60,036 nucleotides of DNA from Candidatus Woesearchaeota archaeon (GTDB lineage Archaea; Nanobdellota; Nanobdellia; Pacearchaeales; GW2011-AR1), in contig CAZHOH010000007.1 in the NCBI GenBank assembly GCA_964534185.1, positions 1 to 60,036 on the forward strand, in the 5' to 3' direction. Numbering within the stretch: the first letter of the stretch is position 1; each line of letters starts with the position of its first letter. The position numbers were made by a program, and so were the translations under genes. Below, piece by piece: positions 26,564 to 36,884 of this stretch. The notes under the pieces were generated by a model. It did not search any database and was not told the DNA's origin. It worked only from the letters and a program-made list of their open reading frames with translations.

Positions 26564-27400
26564 TTAAATATGTTTTTTTGCTTTTTTTGCGAATTGTTTG
26601 GGTTTTAGAACTCCTAAATCTGAAACTATTGCTGTAATTAATTTTGCAGGGACTTTTTCAAAGGCAGGATTTCTAAGTTTTATTGATTCAGGGACGTTTT
26701 CGTGCCAGACTTCTTTATAGCTTCTTTGTTCTAACTTAATGTTCTTTTTTGTGAATTTCCAAGAGTCTGCAATTATATAAACTGGGATTTTGTTTTGTTT
26801 TGCGATTATTGCAATAACTTCACTGCCAACTTTGTTTATTATATCTCCGTTTTTCAGAATTGCGTCTGCCCCTAAAAATACTTTGTCTGCTTTTTTTGTT
26901 CCCTGTTCATTTGAAAGTGCTATGCCCAATGCTGAATCTATAAATGTTGTGACTTTTATTTTTGCTTTTGATAATTCTCTTGCTGTTTTTCTCCCTTGAT
27001 AAAGAGGACGTGTTTCTGTGTTATAAACTTCAAATTTCTTTCCGTGTTTTTTTGCATTGATTAGGGATTTAACGACATTTGTTGAATGGCAGTGAGTCAT
27101 GATTATATTGTTTTTATTTATTAATTTTAGAATATAAGCATTTATCTTTCCCTGTGCTTGTTCAAAATGTGCAAGAACAAGATTTTTTTGATTTTTTTCA
27201 TAAGTATATTCAAATCTTTCTAAAACATTCATAAGCATCGGTTCTGTGGGTCTTAATGAAAGGAGTTTTTTCTTTACTTTTTTTGTTGGAGAAAGAGAGT
27301 ATGCTCTGAAAGCTGCTTTTGCAATATTTGTAGCTCCTTGAATTTTTATATCTTTAATGTCCTTAAAAATTTTTTTAAGCTCAGCCTCTTTTTTATTCAT
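26564..27400 (-). CDS. Ribose-1,5-bisphosphate isomerase (eIF-2B family)
   Basis: IQGATNIA, RPTEP, THCHS (catalytic Cys position), ETRP..QG, GAD, NKVGS, NPAFE. Confidence 0.88.
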   Translation of the reverse strand: MNKKEAELKKIFKDIKDIKIQGATNIAKAAFRAYSLSPTKKVKKKLLSLRPTEPMLMNVLERFEYTYEKNQKNLVLAHFEQAQGKINAYILKLINKNNIIMTHCHSTNVVKSLINAKKHGKKFEVYNTETRPLYQGRKTARELSKAKIKVTTFIDSALGIALSNEQGTKKADKVFLGADAILKNGDIINKVGSEVIAIIAKQNKIPVYIIADSWKFTKKNIKLEQRSYKEVWHENVPESIKLRNPAFEKVPAKLITAIVSDLGVLKPKQFAKKAKKHI

Positions 27401-27480
27401 AAATAGTTTAATTCCAAAAGCTATAAAAATCTTGTTATCAATTCAATAATGTTTAAAAATACGGGGAGGTTAATGAAACG

Positions 27481-28332
27481 ATGTTAGAAATGATTTTAAA
27501 TCCGCGAAGGTCTGAAAGAAAGCCGTGGGAATTGTTTTTTGTAGGGTTAGTTTATGCTGGTTTGTCTGTTTTGATTGTTCACTGGATTTTTGCAAGTGAT
27601 CCTGTTTTGTCTTCTTATTCTGGAATTTTAATTGTGACTTTTACTGTAATGTTCTCAATGCCTTATGTTTATTATACAATAAAACTTGAAGAGTCAAAAG
27701 AAGAACAGTTATCAGGTTCAATGCGGCTTCTAAGGGAACATGGTAAGGCAATCCATGCTTTTATGTGGTTATTTCTGGGTTTTGTGGTTGCTTTTGCATG
27801 TATGAATATTCTTGTTGGTTCTCCTGAAGGATTTAAAGCTCAAATTGAAACTTATTGTGCAATAAATAGCCCGAATAATTTTCAGATTTGTGTTGCAGAA
27901 CATGGTGTTAGAAATGGGACAACAGGATATGTCGCAGGTTTTGGAATGCTTGGAGGGATTTTTACTAATAACCTTTATGTTTTGATTTTTACAGTCATAT
28001 TTTCTGTTATTTTTGGGGCTGGAGGGATTTTTATTTTGGCTTGGAATGCGAGTGTTATTTCTGCAGCAATGGTGATTTTTGCAAAAGCAGATATTGGGAA
28101 TCTACCTTTGGCTTTGTCTCGTTATATTATTCATGGTTTGCCTGAGATAGGTGCTTATTTTATTGGTACGCTTGCAGGAGGAATTATTGGTTTGTCAATA
28201 GTTAGAAAAGAATTTAGAACTGATAAATTTTGGAATATATTGCATGATTCTTTGCTCTTGATTATAGGGGCAATTGTTTTGCTTGTTATTGCGGCATTGC
28301 TTGAGGTTTTTGTTACACCGAAATTATTTTAA
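27481..28332 (+). CDS. SpoIIM/DUF95 family membrane protein
   Basis: IFTNN, WNAS, HGLPEI, AALLE motifs; multi-TM. Confidence 0.85.
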   Translation: MLEMILNPRRSERKPWELFFVGLVYAGLSVLIVHWIFASDPVLSSYSGILIVTFTVMFSMPYVYYTIKLEESKEEQLSGSMRLLREHGKAIHAFMWLFLGFVVAFACMNILVGSPEGFKAQIETYCAINSPNNFQICVAEHGVRNGTTGYVAGFGMLGGIFTNNLYVLIFTVIFSVIFGAGGIFILAWNASVISAAMVIFAKADIGNLPLALSRYIIHGLPEIGAYFIGTLAGGIIGLSIVRKEFRTDKFWNILHDSLLLIIGAIVLLVIAALLEVFVTPKLF

Positions 28333-28335
28333 ATC

Positions 28336-28491
28336 ATGATGGCGACGAAATTTAGATGCAAAAGATGCAACTTTGCTTTTAGAGTTGATAACCTCTCCCG
28401 CAAGTTTTGTCCAAATTGTGGTGAGAATGAAATTGAAAAAGAGAAAAGTGCTGAAGAACTTGTAGATAGTGTGGATATTTATGGAAAATAA
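28336..28491 (+). CDS. Small zinc-ribbon protein (51 aa), absent from the ORF track
   Basis: MMATKFRCKRCNFAFRVDNLSRKFCPNCGENEIEKEKSAEELVDSVDIYGK; CxxC...CPxCG; fills the gap and overlaps the aglB start. Confidence 0.75.
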   Translation: MMATKFRCKRCNFAFRVDNLSRKFCPNCGENEIEKEKSAEELVDSVDIYGK

Positions 28492-31255
28492 TTTGGGTCA
28501 AGAAAAGAACGAGGATATAATCGAACAAAGGAAGCAGAAGCTCTATAAATTTTTGAAATCAAATAGATTTATTTTTTATCTTTTGTTGGCAATAGTTGTT
28601 TTTGTCGGGCTTTTTATCAGGACTAGGAATTTTGGGATAAACAGCAATACGGGCAAACAAAATCTATGGGATATTGCTACAGATAGTTGGACACTTGGGC
28701 CTGATCTTGATCCTTTTTTATTTTTGAGATGGGCAGAGCACATTGTTGAACATGGAAGATTAATGATTATTGATTCAATGAGATATGTTCCTATAGGTTA
28801 TGATACTTCTGGTGAAATGAAACTGCTTTCGTATATGATTGCTTGGTTTTATCGTTTTTTAGAGTTTCTGCCTAAAGGCCTTCTTTCTTTACTCCCTGGA
28901 AATCCTCAAGAAGCGAGTGTAACTTATGCTGCTGTTTTGTTTCCTGTTTTGATGTTTGGCTTAACTATAATTGCTTTTTTCTTTTTAGTTCAGGAAGTTT
29001 TTGATAAGGTGTTTAAGGATAAAAAATGGGCGAATCTTATGGGGATTATTGCCAGTTTATTTTTGAGTGTTGTTCCTGCATTACTTCCAAGAACAATTGC
29101 AGGGATTCCTGAAAAAGAATCTGCGGGATTTTTGTTTATTTTTCTTTCTTTTTACTTTTTTATTAAGTCTGTTAAATCTCGTGATTATAAGTGGACTTCG
29201 ATTCATTCTGTTTTAGCAGGAGTTTCTACAGCAGCACTTGGGCTTTTATGGGGGGGTGTTACTTTTGTTTTTATGACAATTGGTTTGAGTGTTTTTTTGA
29301 TGTTTTTATTAGGGCAAATTAATCAAAGAAGGTTAATGGGTGTGGTGATATGGGCTGTTGCCTTTATGCCAATACTTGTTTCTTTTTCTAGTAGATATCA
29401 TATATTGGGTTTTTTTGCATCTACTTCGACTATACCCATTCTTTTAACAGTATTCTTGGCAGGATTTGAGATTTATCTTTATCCTAAAATAAAAAACTTT
29501 GGAATTATCAATTCGCTTAATAAGCATTACAAGATTCCAAAAGAGTTTATTTCTTTGATTATTATTGGAATTTTGGGTGTTGTGGCTGTTTCTATTTTAT
29601 TTGGGCCAGGATTTATCCCAAATGAGATTAAGAATACTATAGATTCCCTTGTACATCCTTTTGGAACAAGCAGGGTTGCCTTAACTGTTGCTGAAAATCG
29701 AGAACCTTTTTTCAATGAATGGAAAAATAATTTTGGGCCTGTTGTAAAAAATATTCCTTTGTTTTTTTGGCTATTTATGTTTGGTGCGAGTTCTCTTGTG
29801 TATAGATGTTTAAGAAAATGGGAAAAGAGAGATAGGCTTATTTTAACTAGTCTCTTTTTTGTTATGATTATTGGGCTTGTCTTTAGTAGACTTTCTCCTG
29901 ATAGTGTTTTGAATGGTTCAAGTGCTTCTAGTTTGATTGTATATTTTGGAGGTATTTGTCTTTTTTTAGCAAGTAGTTTTTATTATATCTTTAAGTATAA
30001 TAAGGAGGGCAAGAGAGGATTATTAAGAGTTAATCCTGGATTGTTATTTGTAATTGTTTTATTTTTGGTTTCTGTTCTTGCTGCGCGTGGGGGTGCAAGG
30101 CTAATTATGATGATGGTGCCTCCTGCAAGCATTGTTGTATCTTATCTTGTTGTTTCTTTAATTTTTGTATTTAGTAAACAAAAATCAGATAATAAAAAGA
30201 TGATTTTTGGAATTTTGAGCATTATTGTAATAATTGCAGGGGCTTATAGTGGATTTGTATTTTATCAAAGTAGTGTTCAGCAAGCAAGTGTTTATTATCC
30301 CCAAGTTTATCAGTGGCAATGGCAAAAAGCTATGAAGTGGGTTGATGATAATACTTCAAAAGATGCTGTTTTTGGACATTGGTGGGATTATGGTTATTGG
30401 GTCCAAAGTATCGGACACAGAGCGACTGTTCTTGACGGGGGGAATGCTATTACTTATTGGAATCATTTGATGGGAAGGCATGTTTTGACTGCAGAAAGTG
30501 ATAGAGAAGGATTAAACTTTCTTTATACTCACAACGCTACTCATTTCCTTATAGATTCTACTGAGATTGGGAAGTATGGGGCATATAGTAGTATTGGTTC
30601 TGATGTAAATTATGATAGAATTAGTAGTTTTGCAACATTTGGGAAAAATGAAGAAAATACAAAAGAGATAAAAAATGGAGTCGAATATTTTTATGGTGGG
30701 GGTGTGGGGCTTGATGAAGACATTGTTTGGGAAGTTGATGGAAAAGAAAGGACTTTTGTAAAAGAGAATTCAGGAATTGGGGCAGTAGTTATTACAGAAG
30801 ACACTGGAGGAGATATTCAGAAGGCAGAAATAATTGTTGTGCAAAATAATGCCCAAACAAGGATGCCTTTAAAAAAAGCGTATTATAATGGGAGATTTTA
30901 TGAATTTGACAAAGGAATTGATGCAGGCGTCTTTTTAGTTGATGTTGTTGTAAATAATCAGCAAGGAGTTGGCAAGGCAGATAAAGGTGCTTTATTATAC
31001 CTTAGTCCAAGAATTGCTGATTCTTTTGTAACTAGAAAGTATTTGTTTGGCGAGCAGGAAAACTTTGAATTAGTCCATAATGAGCCCCACTACATTGTGG
31101 ATGTTTTAAGACAGCAAGGCATGGAGATTGATGATTTTGTTTATTATCAAGGCAGTTTATTAGGGCCAATAAAGATTTGGGAGATAGAATATCCTTCAGA
31201 TGTAGAATACAAGCCCGAATACCTCGAAATAGAATACCCTGAAGAACTTTTATAG
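28481..31255 (+). CDS. aglB: Oligosaccharyltransferase AglB (STT3 family)
   Basis: WWDYG motif, DLDP, EKE, TVAE; many TM helices plus soluble C-terminal domain. Confidence 0.96.
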   Translation: MENNLGQEKNEDIIEQRKQKLYKFLKSNRFIFYLLLAIVVFVGLFIRTRNFGINSNTGKQNLWDIATDSWTLGPDLDPFLFLRWAEHIVEHGRLMIIDSMRYVPIGYDTSGEMKLLSYMIAWFYRFLEFLPKGLLSLLPGNPQEASVTYAAVLFPVLMFGLTIIAFFFLVQEVFDKVFKDKKWANLMGIIASLFLSVVPALLPRTIAGIPEKESAGFLFIFLSFYFFIKSVKSRDYKWTSIHSVLAGVSTAALGLLWGGVTFVFMTIGLSVFLMFLLGQINQRRLMGVVIWAVAFMPILVSFSSRYHILGFFASTSTIPILLTVFLAGFEIYLYPKIKNFGIINSLNKHYKIPKEFISLIIIGILGVVAVSILFGPGFIPNEIKNTIDSLVHPFGTSRVALTVAENREPFFNEWKNNFGPVVKNIPLFFWLFMFGASSLVYRCLRKWEKRDRLILTSLFFVMIIGLVFSRLSPDSVLNGSSASSLIVYFGGICLFLASSFYYIFKYNKEGKRGLLRVNPGLLFVIVLFLVSVLAARGGARLIMMMVPPASIVVSYLVVSLIFVFSKQKSDNKKMIFGILSIIVIIAGAYSGFVFYQSSVQQASVYYPQVYQWQWQKAMKWVDDNTSKDAVFGHWWDYGYWVQSIGHRATVLDGGNAITYWNHLMGRHVLTAESDREGLNFLYTHNATHFLIDSTEIGKYGAYSSIGSDVNYDRISSFATFGKNEENTKEIKNGVEYFYGGGVGLDEDIVWEVDGKERTFVKENSGIGAVVITEDTGGDIQKAEIIVVQNNAQTRMPLKKAYYNGRFYEFDKGIDAGVFLVDVVVNNQQGVGKADKGALLYLSPRIADSFVTRKYLFGEQENFELVHNEPHYIVDVLRQQGMEIDDFVYYQGSLLGPIKIWEIEYPSDVEYKPEYLEIEYPEELL

Positions 31256-31289
31256 GCAGTTTTTTAAAACATAATTGTTTATATTTTTG

Positions 31290-32282
31290 ATGGAGAAAAT
31301 TTTGCTTTTGACAGTTGTTTTGGCTTTTGCTACGACTTTTTTTCTTATGCCTAAATGGATAAAAAGGGCAAAGAGAGCAGGGCTTGTTGGAAAAGATATC
31401 CATAAAAGAGATTTTAGAGAGGTGGCTGAATCTGGAGGAATAATTGTGTTATTTGGTTTTATGTTAGGGGTGCTGGCTTATATTGCGATTAATACTTTTT
31501 ATTTTGATGCTATAAATTATAATGTGGAGATATTGGCTTTATCTTTAAGTGTGATATTGGTTTCTTTTGTTGGAATAATTGACGATGTTCTTGGATGGAA
31601 AGTGGGATTAGGAAGGAATGCTAGATTACTTCTTGTTTTGTTTGCGGCTATTCCTTTGATGGTTATTAATGCAGGAGTTTCTGAGATTTCTATACCTTTA
31701 TTTGGGATTGTTGATGTGGGAATATTTTATCCTTTGTTATTGATACCTTTAGGTATTGTTGGAGCTTCTACGAGCTATAATTTTTTAGCAGGGTATAATG
31801 GATTAGAGGGAGGTCAGGGGATATTGATTGTTGGGGCTTTGTCTATTGCTGCGTGGGCTACTGGAAATGCTTGGTTAGGATTAATAGGTTTTTGCATGGT
31901 TGCTTCTCTGGGAGGGTTTTTATATTATAATTGGAGTCCTGCAAGAGTTTTTCCAGGTGATGCATTAACTTATAGTGTTGGAGCTTTAATTGCTGGGATG
32001 GCAATCTTGGGGAATTTTGAAAGGTTTGCAGTATTTATCTTTATTCCTTATATTGTTGAAACGTTTTTGAAGTTAAGAGGAGGATTAAAAAAGGAATCTT
32101 TTGGAGATGTTAGGTATGATGGCTCAATTGGAAATAGGTATGAAAAAATTTATGGATTAGAGCATTTGGCTGTTAGGATTCTTGAAAAGATTAAAGGCAA
32201 GGCTCGTGAAAAAGAGGTTGTTATCTTGATTTACTTATTTCAAATTATGCTTATAATTATTGGTTTTTTGATTTTCTTTTAA
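31290..32282 (+). CDS. UDP-GlcNAc:dolichol-phosphate GlcNAc-1-phosphotransferase (AglH/Alg7, MraY-like)
   Basis: GKDIHK, ESGG, GIIDD, NFLAGYNGLE, FPGD. Confidence 0.92.
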   Translation: MEKILLLTVVLAFATTFFLMPKWIKRAKRAGLVGKDIHKRDFREVAESGGIIVLFGFMLGVLAYIAINTFYFDAINYNVEILALSLSVILVSFVGIIDDVLGWKVGLGRNARLLLVLFAAIPLMVINAGVSEISIPLFGIVDVGIFYPLLLIPLGIVGASTSYNFLAGYNGLEGGQGILIVGALSIAAWATGNAWLGLIGFCMVASLGGFLYYNWSPARVFPGDALTYSVGALIAGMAILGNFERFAVFIFIPYIVETFLKLRGGLKKESFGDVRYDGSIGNRYEKIYGLEHLAVRILEKIKGKAREKEVVILIYLFQIMLIIIGFLIFF

Positions 32283-32283
32283 A

Positions 32284-33513
32284 ATGATAAAGAAGCTGAT
32301 GAAAAATGAGTTTGTGAAGGGAAGTTTTATTCTTTTTATAATGTTTAATATTTTTAATTTTTTGAACTTTGTTTTCCAGTTTTCTATGATTAGACTGCTT
32401 GGGCCTGCAGATTATAGTGTGTTGGCTGTTTTAATGACTTTTCTTTATTTTGTTGCAATACCTTCTGAAAGTATTCAGTTAGTTGTGGCGCGATATTCTG
32501 CAAAGTTTAAGGTTGAAAATAGTAAAGAAAAATTAAAGGATTTGTTGGTTAAGATATATAGGAAAGGTGTTCGGATGAGCTTTTATTTATTTATTTTTTT
32601 AATTCCTGTTTTTGCTGTGCTTGCTTATTTTATGGAGATTGATTTTGTTTTGTTTTTGATTATTGGGTTGAGTGTGTTTTCTATTTTTCTATTGTCTCCG
32701 AATAAAGGAGCTTTACAGGGGTTGGGGAGATTTAAGTCTCTTGGAGTGAATATGCTTACTGAAGGAGGGATAAAAGTTGGGCTTTCTATAATTTTAGTTC
32801 TTGTTGGGATGCAGGTTTTTGGAGCTGTTTTTGGCATTGTTTTAAGTATGGTGGGGGCTTTTTTTGTTTCTTCTTACTTGTTAAATGATGTTCTTGGAGG
32901 TAAAAGAGATGAATCTGGAGTTAGTAAAATCTATTCATATGGGACTCCTGTTGTTATGACTTTAGTTGCTGTTATGCTGTTCCAGAGTTTGGATATCCTG
33001 ATTTCGAGACTGGTTTTTAGTGAGAATATCGCAGGACAGTATGCTGCTGCAAATCAAATAGGAAAAATTATATTTTTTGGTACTGCTGCTATAAGCAAGG
33101 CAATGTTCCCTTTGTCTTCTGCAGAGTTTGAAAAAGGAGTTAGCTCTAAAAAAATGCTTTATAGGTCACTTGGAATGGTTGCAGGACTTAGTTCTGTTGC
33201 CTTAGTTGCTTTTGCTGTATTTCCAGACTTGATAATAAGTATTTTGGCAGGTCCTGAGTATGTAGAAGTTACTAAAATTGTGTTTAAAGTGGGTGTTGCT
33301 TTTACAATGATTTCTTTAACAAATATCACTCTACTGTATGGCATTTCTGTTGACAAGCCTCCTAAGATTTTGCAAGTTGTTGGTTTTTTGATTGTTCAGA
33401 CAATTATTCTTTTTGTTCTTTCAGAGAGCCTTGATAGTTTTGCTACAGGGATGATGCTTTCTGGAATTTTTTTGTTTTTGAGTAGTTTGTTTGTAGTTCT
33501 TAAAAGGAGATAA
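32284..33513 (+). CDS. Oligosaccharide flippase (Wzx/MOP family)
   Basis: 12 or more TM helices, RLLGPADY, AGQYAAA, FP motifs. Confidence 0.88.
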   Translation: MIKKLMKNEFVKGSFILFIMFNIFNFLNFVFQFSMIRLLGPADYSVLAVLMTFLYFVAIPSESIQLVVARYSAKFKVENSKEKLKDLLVKIYRKGVRMSFYLFIFLIPVFAVLAYFMEIDFVLFLIIGLSVFSIFLLSPNKGALQGLGRFKSLGVNMLTEGGIKVGLSIILVLVGMQVFGAVFGIVLSMVGAFFVSSYLLNDVLGGKRDESGVSKIYSYGTPVVMTLVAVMLFQSLDILISRLVFSENIAGQYAAANQIGKIIFFGTAAISKAMFPLSSAEFEKGVSSKKMLYRSLGMVAGLSSVALVAFAVFPDLIISILAGPEYVEVTKIVFKVGVAFTMISLTNITLLYGISVDKPPKILQVVGFLIVQTIILFVLSESLDSFATGMMLSGIFLFLSSLFVVLKRR

Positions 33514-33557
33514 TTTTAAACATAAAAGAATTTAAATGGTGCTTATTGAATTCATTT

Positions 33558-34325
33558 ATGAAATTGGCTATAATTGTTCCAGCATACAATGAAGAAAAAA
33601 GAATAGGAAGGATGCTCGGAGAATATTTGCGGTTTTTTGAAAACTCTGGTTTGGATTATGAAATTAAAGTAATAATTAATGGTACAACAGATGATACTCC
33701 TAAAATTGTAAATGAATTTTCCAAAGGTAATCCAAATATTTCAGGATATGTTATTGAAGATAGGGGAAAGGGGCGGGCAGTTAGCTGGGGATTTAAACAG
33801 GCGTTTGAACAGGGTTTTGATTTAATTGGATTTGTTGATGCTGATTTGGCGACAAGTCCTGAATCATTTTATGCTTTAATTTTGAATTTAAAAGAGTGGG
33901 ATGGGGTGATTGCAGGGAGGTGGCTAAAAGATTCGCAAGTTAAAGATAAGGCTATAAGACATGTTACAAGCAGAGGATTTAATTTTGTTGTTAGAAGTAT
34001 GTTTTTTATGCCTTATTCTGATACACAATGCGGGGCTAAGCTTTTTACAAGAGAGTCTGTTGGAAAAATTCTGCCGAAGATGACTGCAAGCCAGTGGGCT
34101 TTTGATGTAAATTTGTTATATTTGTGTAAAAGAAAGGGATTGAAGATTAAAGAAATTCCCACTGTTTGGGAGAATGTTGAAGGCTCAAAAGTTAATCTTC
34201 TTAGAACTCCTTTGAAAATGTTTATATCTATAACAAGGCTTAGATTGTTTTACTCTCCGTTAAAATTTTTAGTGACGATTTATGATAAGCTGCCAGGAGG
34301 ATTGAAATTGCACAATAAGTTATAA
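33558..34325 (+). CDS. GT2, dolichyl-phosphate glycosyltransferase (Alg5/AglJ-like)
   Basis: VPAYNEE, GKGRAV, DAD, DTQCGAK, WAFDV. Confidence 0.9.
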   Translation: MKLAIIVPAYNEEKRIGRMLGEYLRFFENSGLDYEIKVIINGTTDDTPKIVNEFSKGNPNISGYVIEDRGKGRAVSWGFKQAFEQGFDLIGFVDADLATSPESFYALILNLKEWDGVIAGRWLKDSQVKDKAIRHVTSRGFNFVVRSMFFMPYSDTQCGAKLFTRESVGKILPKMTASQWAFDVNLLYLCKRKGLKIKEIPTVWENVEGSKVNLLRTPLKMFISITRLRLFYSPLKFLVTIYDKLPGGLKLHNKL

Positions 34326-34326
34326 A

Positions 34327-34866
34327 ATGAAGAAGTTAAATTTAGGTTGTGGAACAGACATAAAAAAAGGATATGTTAATGCGGATTTTATTAAATCTGA
34401 AGGAGTTGATATTGTTTGTAATCTAAATGAGACTCCTTATCCATTTAAGTCTGGAGAATTTGATGAAATTTATGCTTCGCATGTTTTAGAGCATCTGAAT
34501 GGAGATTGGTTTAAAATAATTTCTGAATTGTATAGAATTTTAAAAGAGGGAGGGAGATTGATTGTGAAAGTTCCGCATTTTACAAGTGCTATTGCTTTTA
34601 TTGAAAATCATACAAGGTTTTTTAGATATAGAAGTTTTGAATCTTTTGAAGAACAGAAAACAATGAAAGGTTTGGACCAGATAAAATTTTATAATTTTAA
34701 GATAAAATATAGGAAAATAAGGTTTAATAAAATGCCTTTGATTTTTAATTATCCTATTGAATGGTTTGTTAATATGGGCGATTCTGCGGCCATTATGTAT
34801 GAAAATACTTTTTTAAGAAGTTTGTTTCCTGCTGAAGAATTAATTTTTGAATTGGAGAAAAAATGA
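34327..34866 (+). CDS. SAM-dependent methyltransferase (type 11)
   Basis: LNLGCG, HVLEHL, RILK.GG, VPH. Confidence 0.9.
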   Translation: MKKLNLGCGTDIKKGYVNADFIKSEGVDIVCNLNETPYPFKSGEFDEIYASHVLEHLNGDWFKIISELYRILKEGGRLIVKVPHFTSAIAFIENHTRFFRYRSFESFEEQKTMKGLDQIKFYNFKIKYRKIRFNKMPLIFNYPIEWFVNMGDSAAIMYENTFLRSLFPAEELIFELEKK

Positions 34867-35840
34867 AGAAAAAATATAAATTAAGCTTTTTAATGGCTGC
34901 ACATAATGAGGAGAAAATCATTGGTTTTGCTTTGAATAGACTTTTGAAGGTTTATGAAGATTATCCAAATATGGAAGTTTTGATTGGGTTGGATGGTTGT
35001 ACTGATGGGACTTTGGAAATTGTTAAAAAATTTGTTAAGAGAAATAAATTCATTAGATATTTTGAATTAAACGAGCGCAAGGGCAAACAAGCTGTTTTGG
35101 AAAAATTAGAACCTACTGCGAAAGGAGACATAATTCTTGTTCATGATGCTGACTGGAGTTTTGTTTATGAATCTAAAAAAGATTTGCTTGATTATCTTAG
35201 TTTATTCGATAAACCGAATATCGGAGGTGTTGCGGATAGTTTTAGTTCAGAAAAAATGCGCCCTGATTTTGATAAAATAAAGTCTATAGGATTTCTTGCC
35301 TCTGCTTGGGGGAATTATTTCTTGATTGATTATGTTAAAACTCAGTTTACAATTGATAAAAAAGGGATTAAAGTTTATGATAGAGAAAAGATGAAGTTTT
35401 GCCCTTTTCTTGATGTTTATAGGCGAGAGGTTATGAAAAATACAAAGCATGATGAAAACCTTAGGGCTGGAGACCATATTGAAAGAACATTGAGGATTAT
35501 AGATGCTGGATATGATGTTGTTGCGTTTTTTAATCCTTCTTGGCCGCATTATCTTGTGAATTATAATGAACTTTCTATGAAGGATTTTATTAAGCAGAAG
35601 ATAAGAGGGATTATTGCTAAAAGTAAGATAAAAAGGGCTTATGAGTTTAAGATTCCTTTTTTTGGGTTTTATGTTCCTTTTTTGTTTTACCTTATAGGAA
35701 AATCTTTTGAAATGAAACGCTTTAAGGATTTTTTTGCAATCTATGTTTATCTTTTTGTTATGTTCTATTCTATTCTTGCTGGAAAGTTTAAAGAGAAAAT
35801 GTCTGTTAAGGAAGTTTGGAATTTGAGGACTAAAAGATAG
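34863..35840 (+). CDS. Glycosyltransferase family 2
   Basis: AAHNEE, DGCTDGT, GK, DAD. Confidence 0.9.
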   Translation: MKKKYKLSFLMAAHNEEKIIGFALNRLLKVYEDYPNMEVLIGLDGCTDGTLEIVKKFVKRNKFIRYFELNERKGKQAVLEKLEPTAKGDIILVHDADWSFVYESKKDLLDYLSLFDKPNIGGVADSFSSEKMRPDFDKIKSIGFLASAWGNYFLIDYVKTQFTIDKKGIKVYDREKMKFCPFLDVYRREVMKNTKHDENLRAGDHIERTLRIIDAGYDVVAFFNPSWPHYLVNYNELSMKDFIKQKIRGIIAKSKIKRAYEFKIPFFGFYVPFLFYLIGKSFEMKRFKDFFAIYVYLFVMFYSILAGKFKEKMSVKEVWNLRTKR

Positions 35841-35879
35841 TATAATAATCTTTATAATGGTTTTTTCTAAGGTATTTTT

Positions 35880-36884
35880 ATGGAAAAACTGCCCAAGATA
35901 AGTTTTGTGTTATGTGTTTATAATGAAGAGCCTAGAATTAGGCATTGTTTGGATAGTCTACTTGTCCAAGATTATCCTTTGAATAAGATTGAGGTTTTGG
36001 TTGCAGATGGAGGTTCTGGTGATAAGACTGTTGAAATTGTTAAAGAATATGCTAAAAAATATCCTAAAATAATTTTTTATCTTCACAATCCTGCTAAATA
36101 TAGTGAAGGAGAAGGTTGTGGAAAGGACAATACTTCAAGAAAAGCTAATGGAGAGACCATTGCCTTTATTGATGCAGATAATATTCTTGTTCAAAAAGAT
36201 TGGATAAAGAAAATGATTAAGCCGTTTGAAAATTCAGAGATCTCTGCTGTTCAGTCTCGGATGTTTGTGCCAAAAAATGGAGGTATTATTGACAGGTATT
36301 TGGGAGCTATTGGAATTGAAGATCCTTTTGCAGTACCTTATTCCTTGAACTCGCAAGTTATTATGTGTCCTAAAAGATTCAGACATGTTAAAGATGGAGA
36401 CTATTTTGTTTACACTGCAAGAGTTGATAATTTTCTTTATGCAGGAAATAACGGGTTTTTTATCAGAGCTAAAGATTTTTTTGATACTGGAGGATATACA
36501 AGAGATATAGAGAACTTTTACAGGATGGCAAAAGAAGGTTATAAGATTGCAGTTCCTAGGCAGGCATTATTGCACCATAAGACTGCTACGACTTTGAAAA
36601 ATTTTATTTTGAAAAGGGGGAAATATGTTTATAGGCATCTGAAACATTATGAAGGCAGAGAGTTTTATTGGTTTGATTTAACAAGGAATAATTTATCTCA
36701 GAATCTTAAATTTTTGAAGACTGTTTTTTTCAATTTATTGTTTGTTCCAGGATTTTTTGAGGGTATTGAAATGGCTGTTAAGAAGAGGGAAGTATCCTGG
36801 CTTATTCACCCGCTTATGTTGTTTTTTGTTACGATAGATTATTGTTTGATAAAGTTGTATTTTGTTCTTGGGCTGGATTCCTGA
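35880..36884 (+). CDS. Glycosyltransferase family 2
   Basis: YNEE, DGGSGDKT, FIDAD, GG.TRD. Confidence 0.9.
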   Translation: MEKLPKISFVLCVYNEEPRIRHCLDSLLVQDYPLNKIEVLVADGGSGDKTVEIVKEYAKKYPKIIFYLHNPAKYSEGEGCGKDNTSRKANGETIAFIDADNILVQKDWIKKMIKPFENSEISAVQSRMFVPKNGGIIDRYLGAIGIEDPFAVPYSLNSQVIMCPKRFRHVKDGDYFVYTARVDNFLYAGNNGFFIRAKDFFDTGGYTRDIENFYRMAKEGYKIAVPRQALLHHKTATTLKNFILKRGKYVYRHLKHYEGREFYWFDLTRNNLSQNLKFLKTVFFNLLFVPGFFEGIEMAVKKREVSWLIHPLMLFFVTIDYCLIKLYFVLGLDS

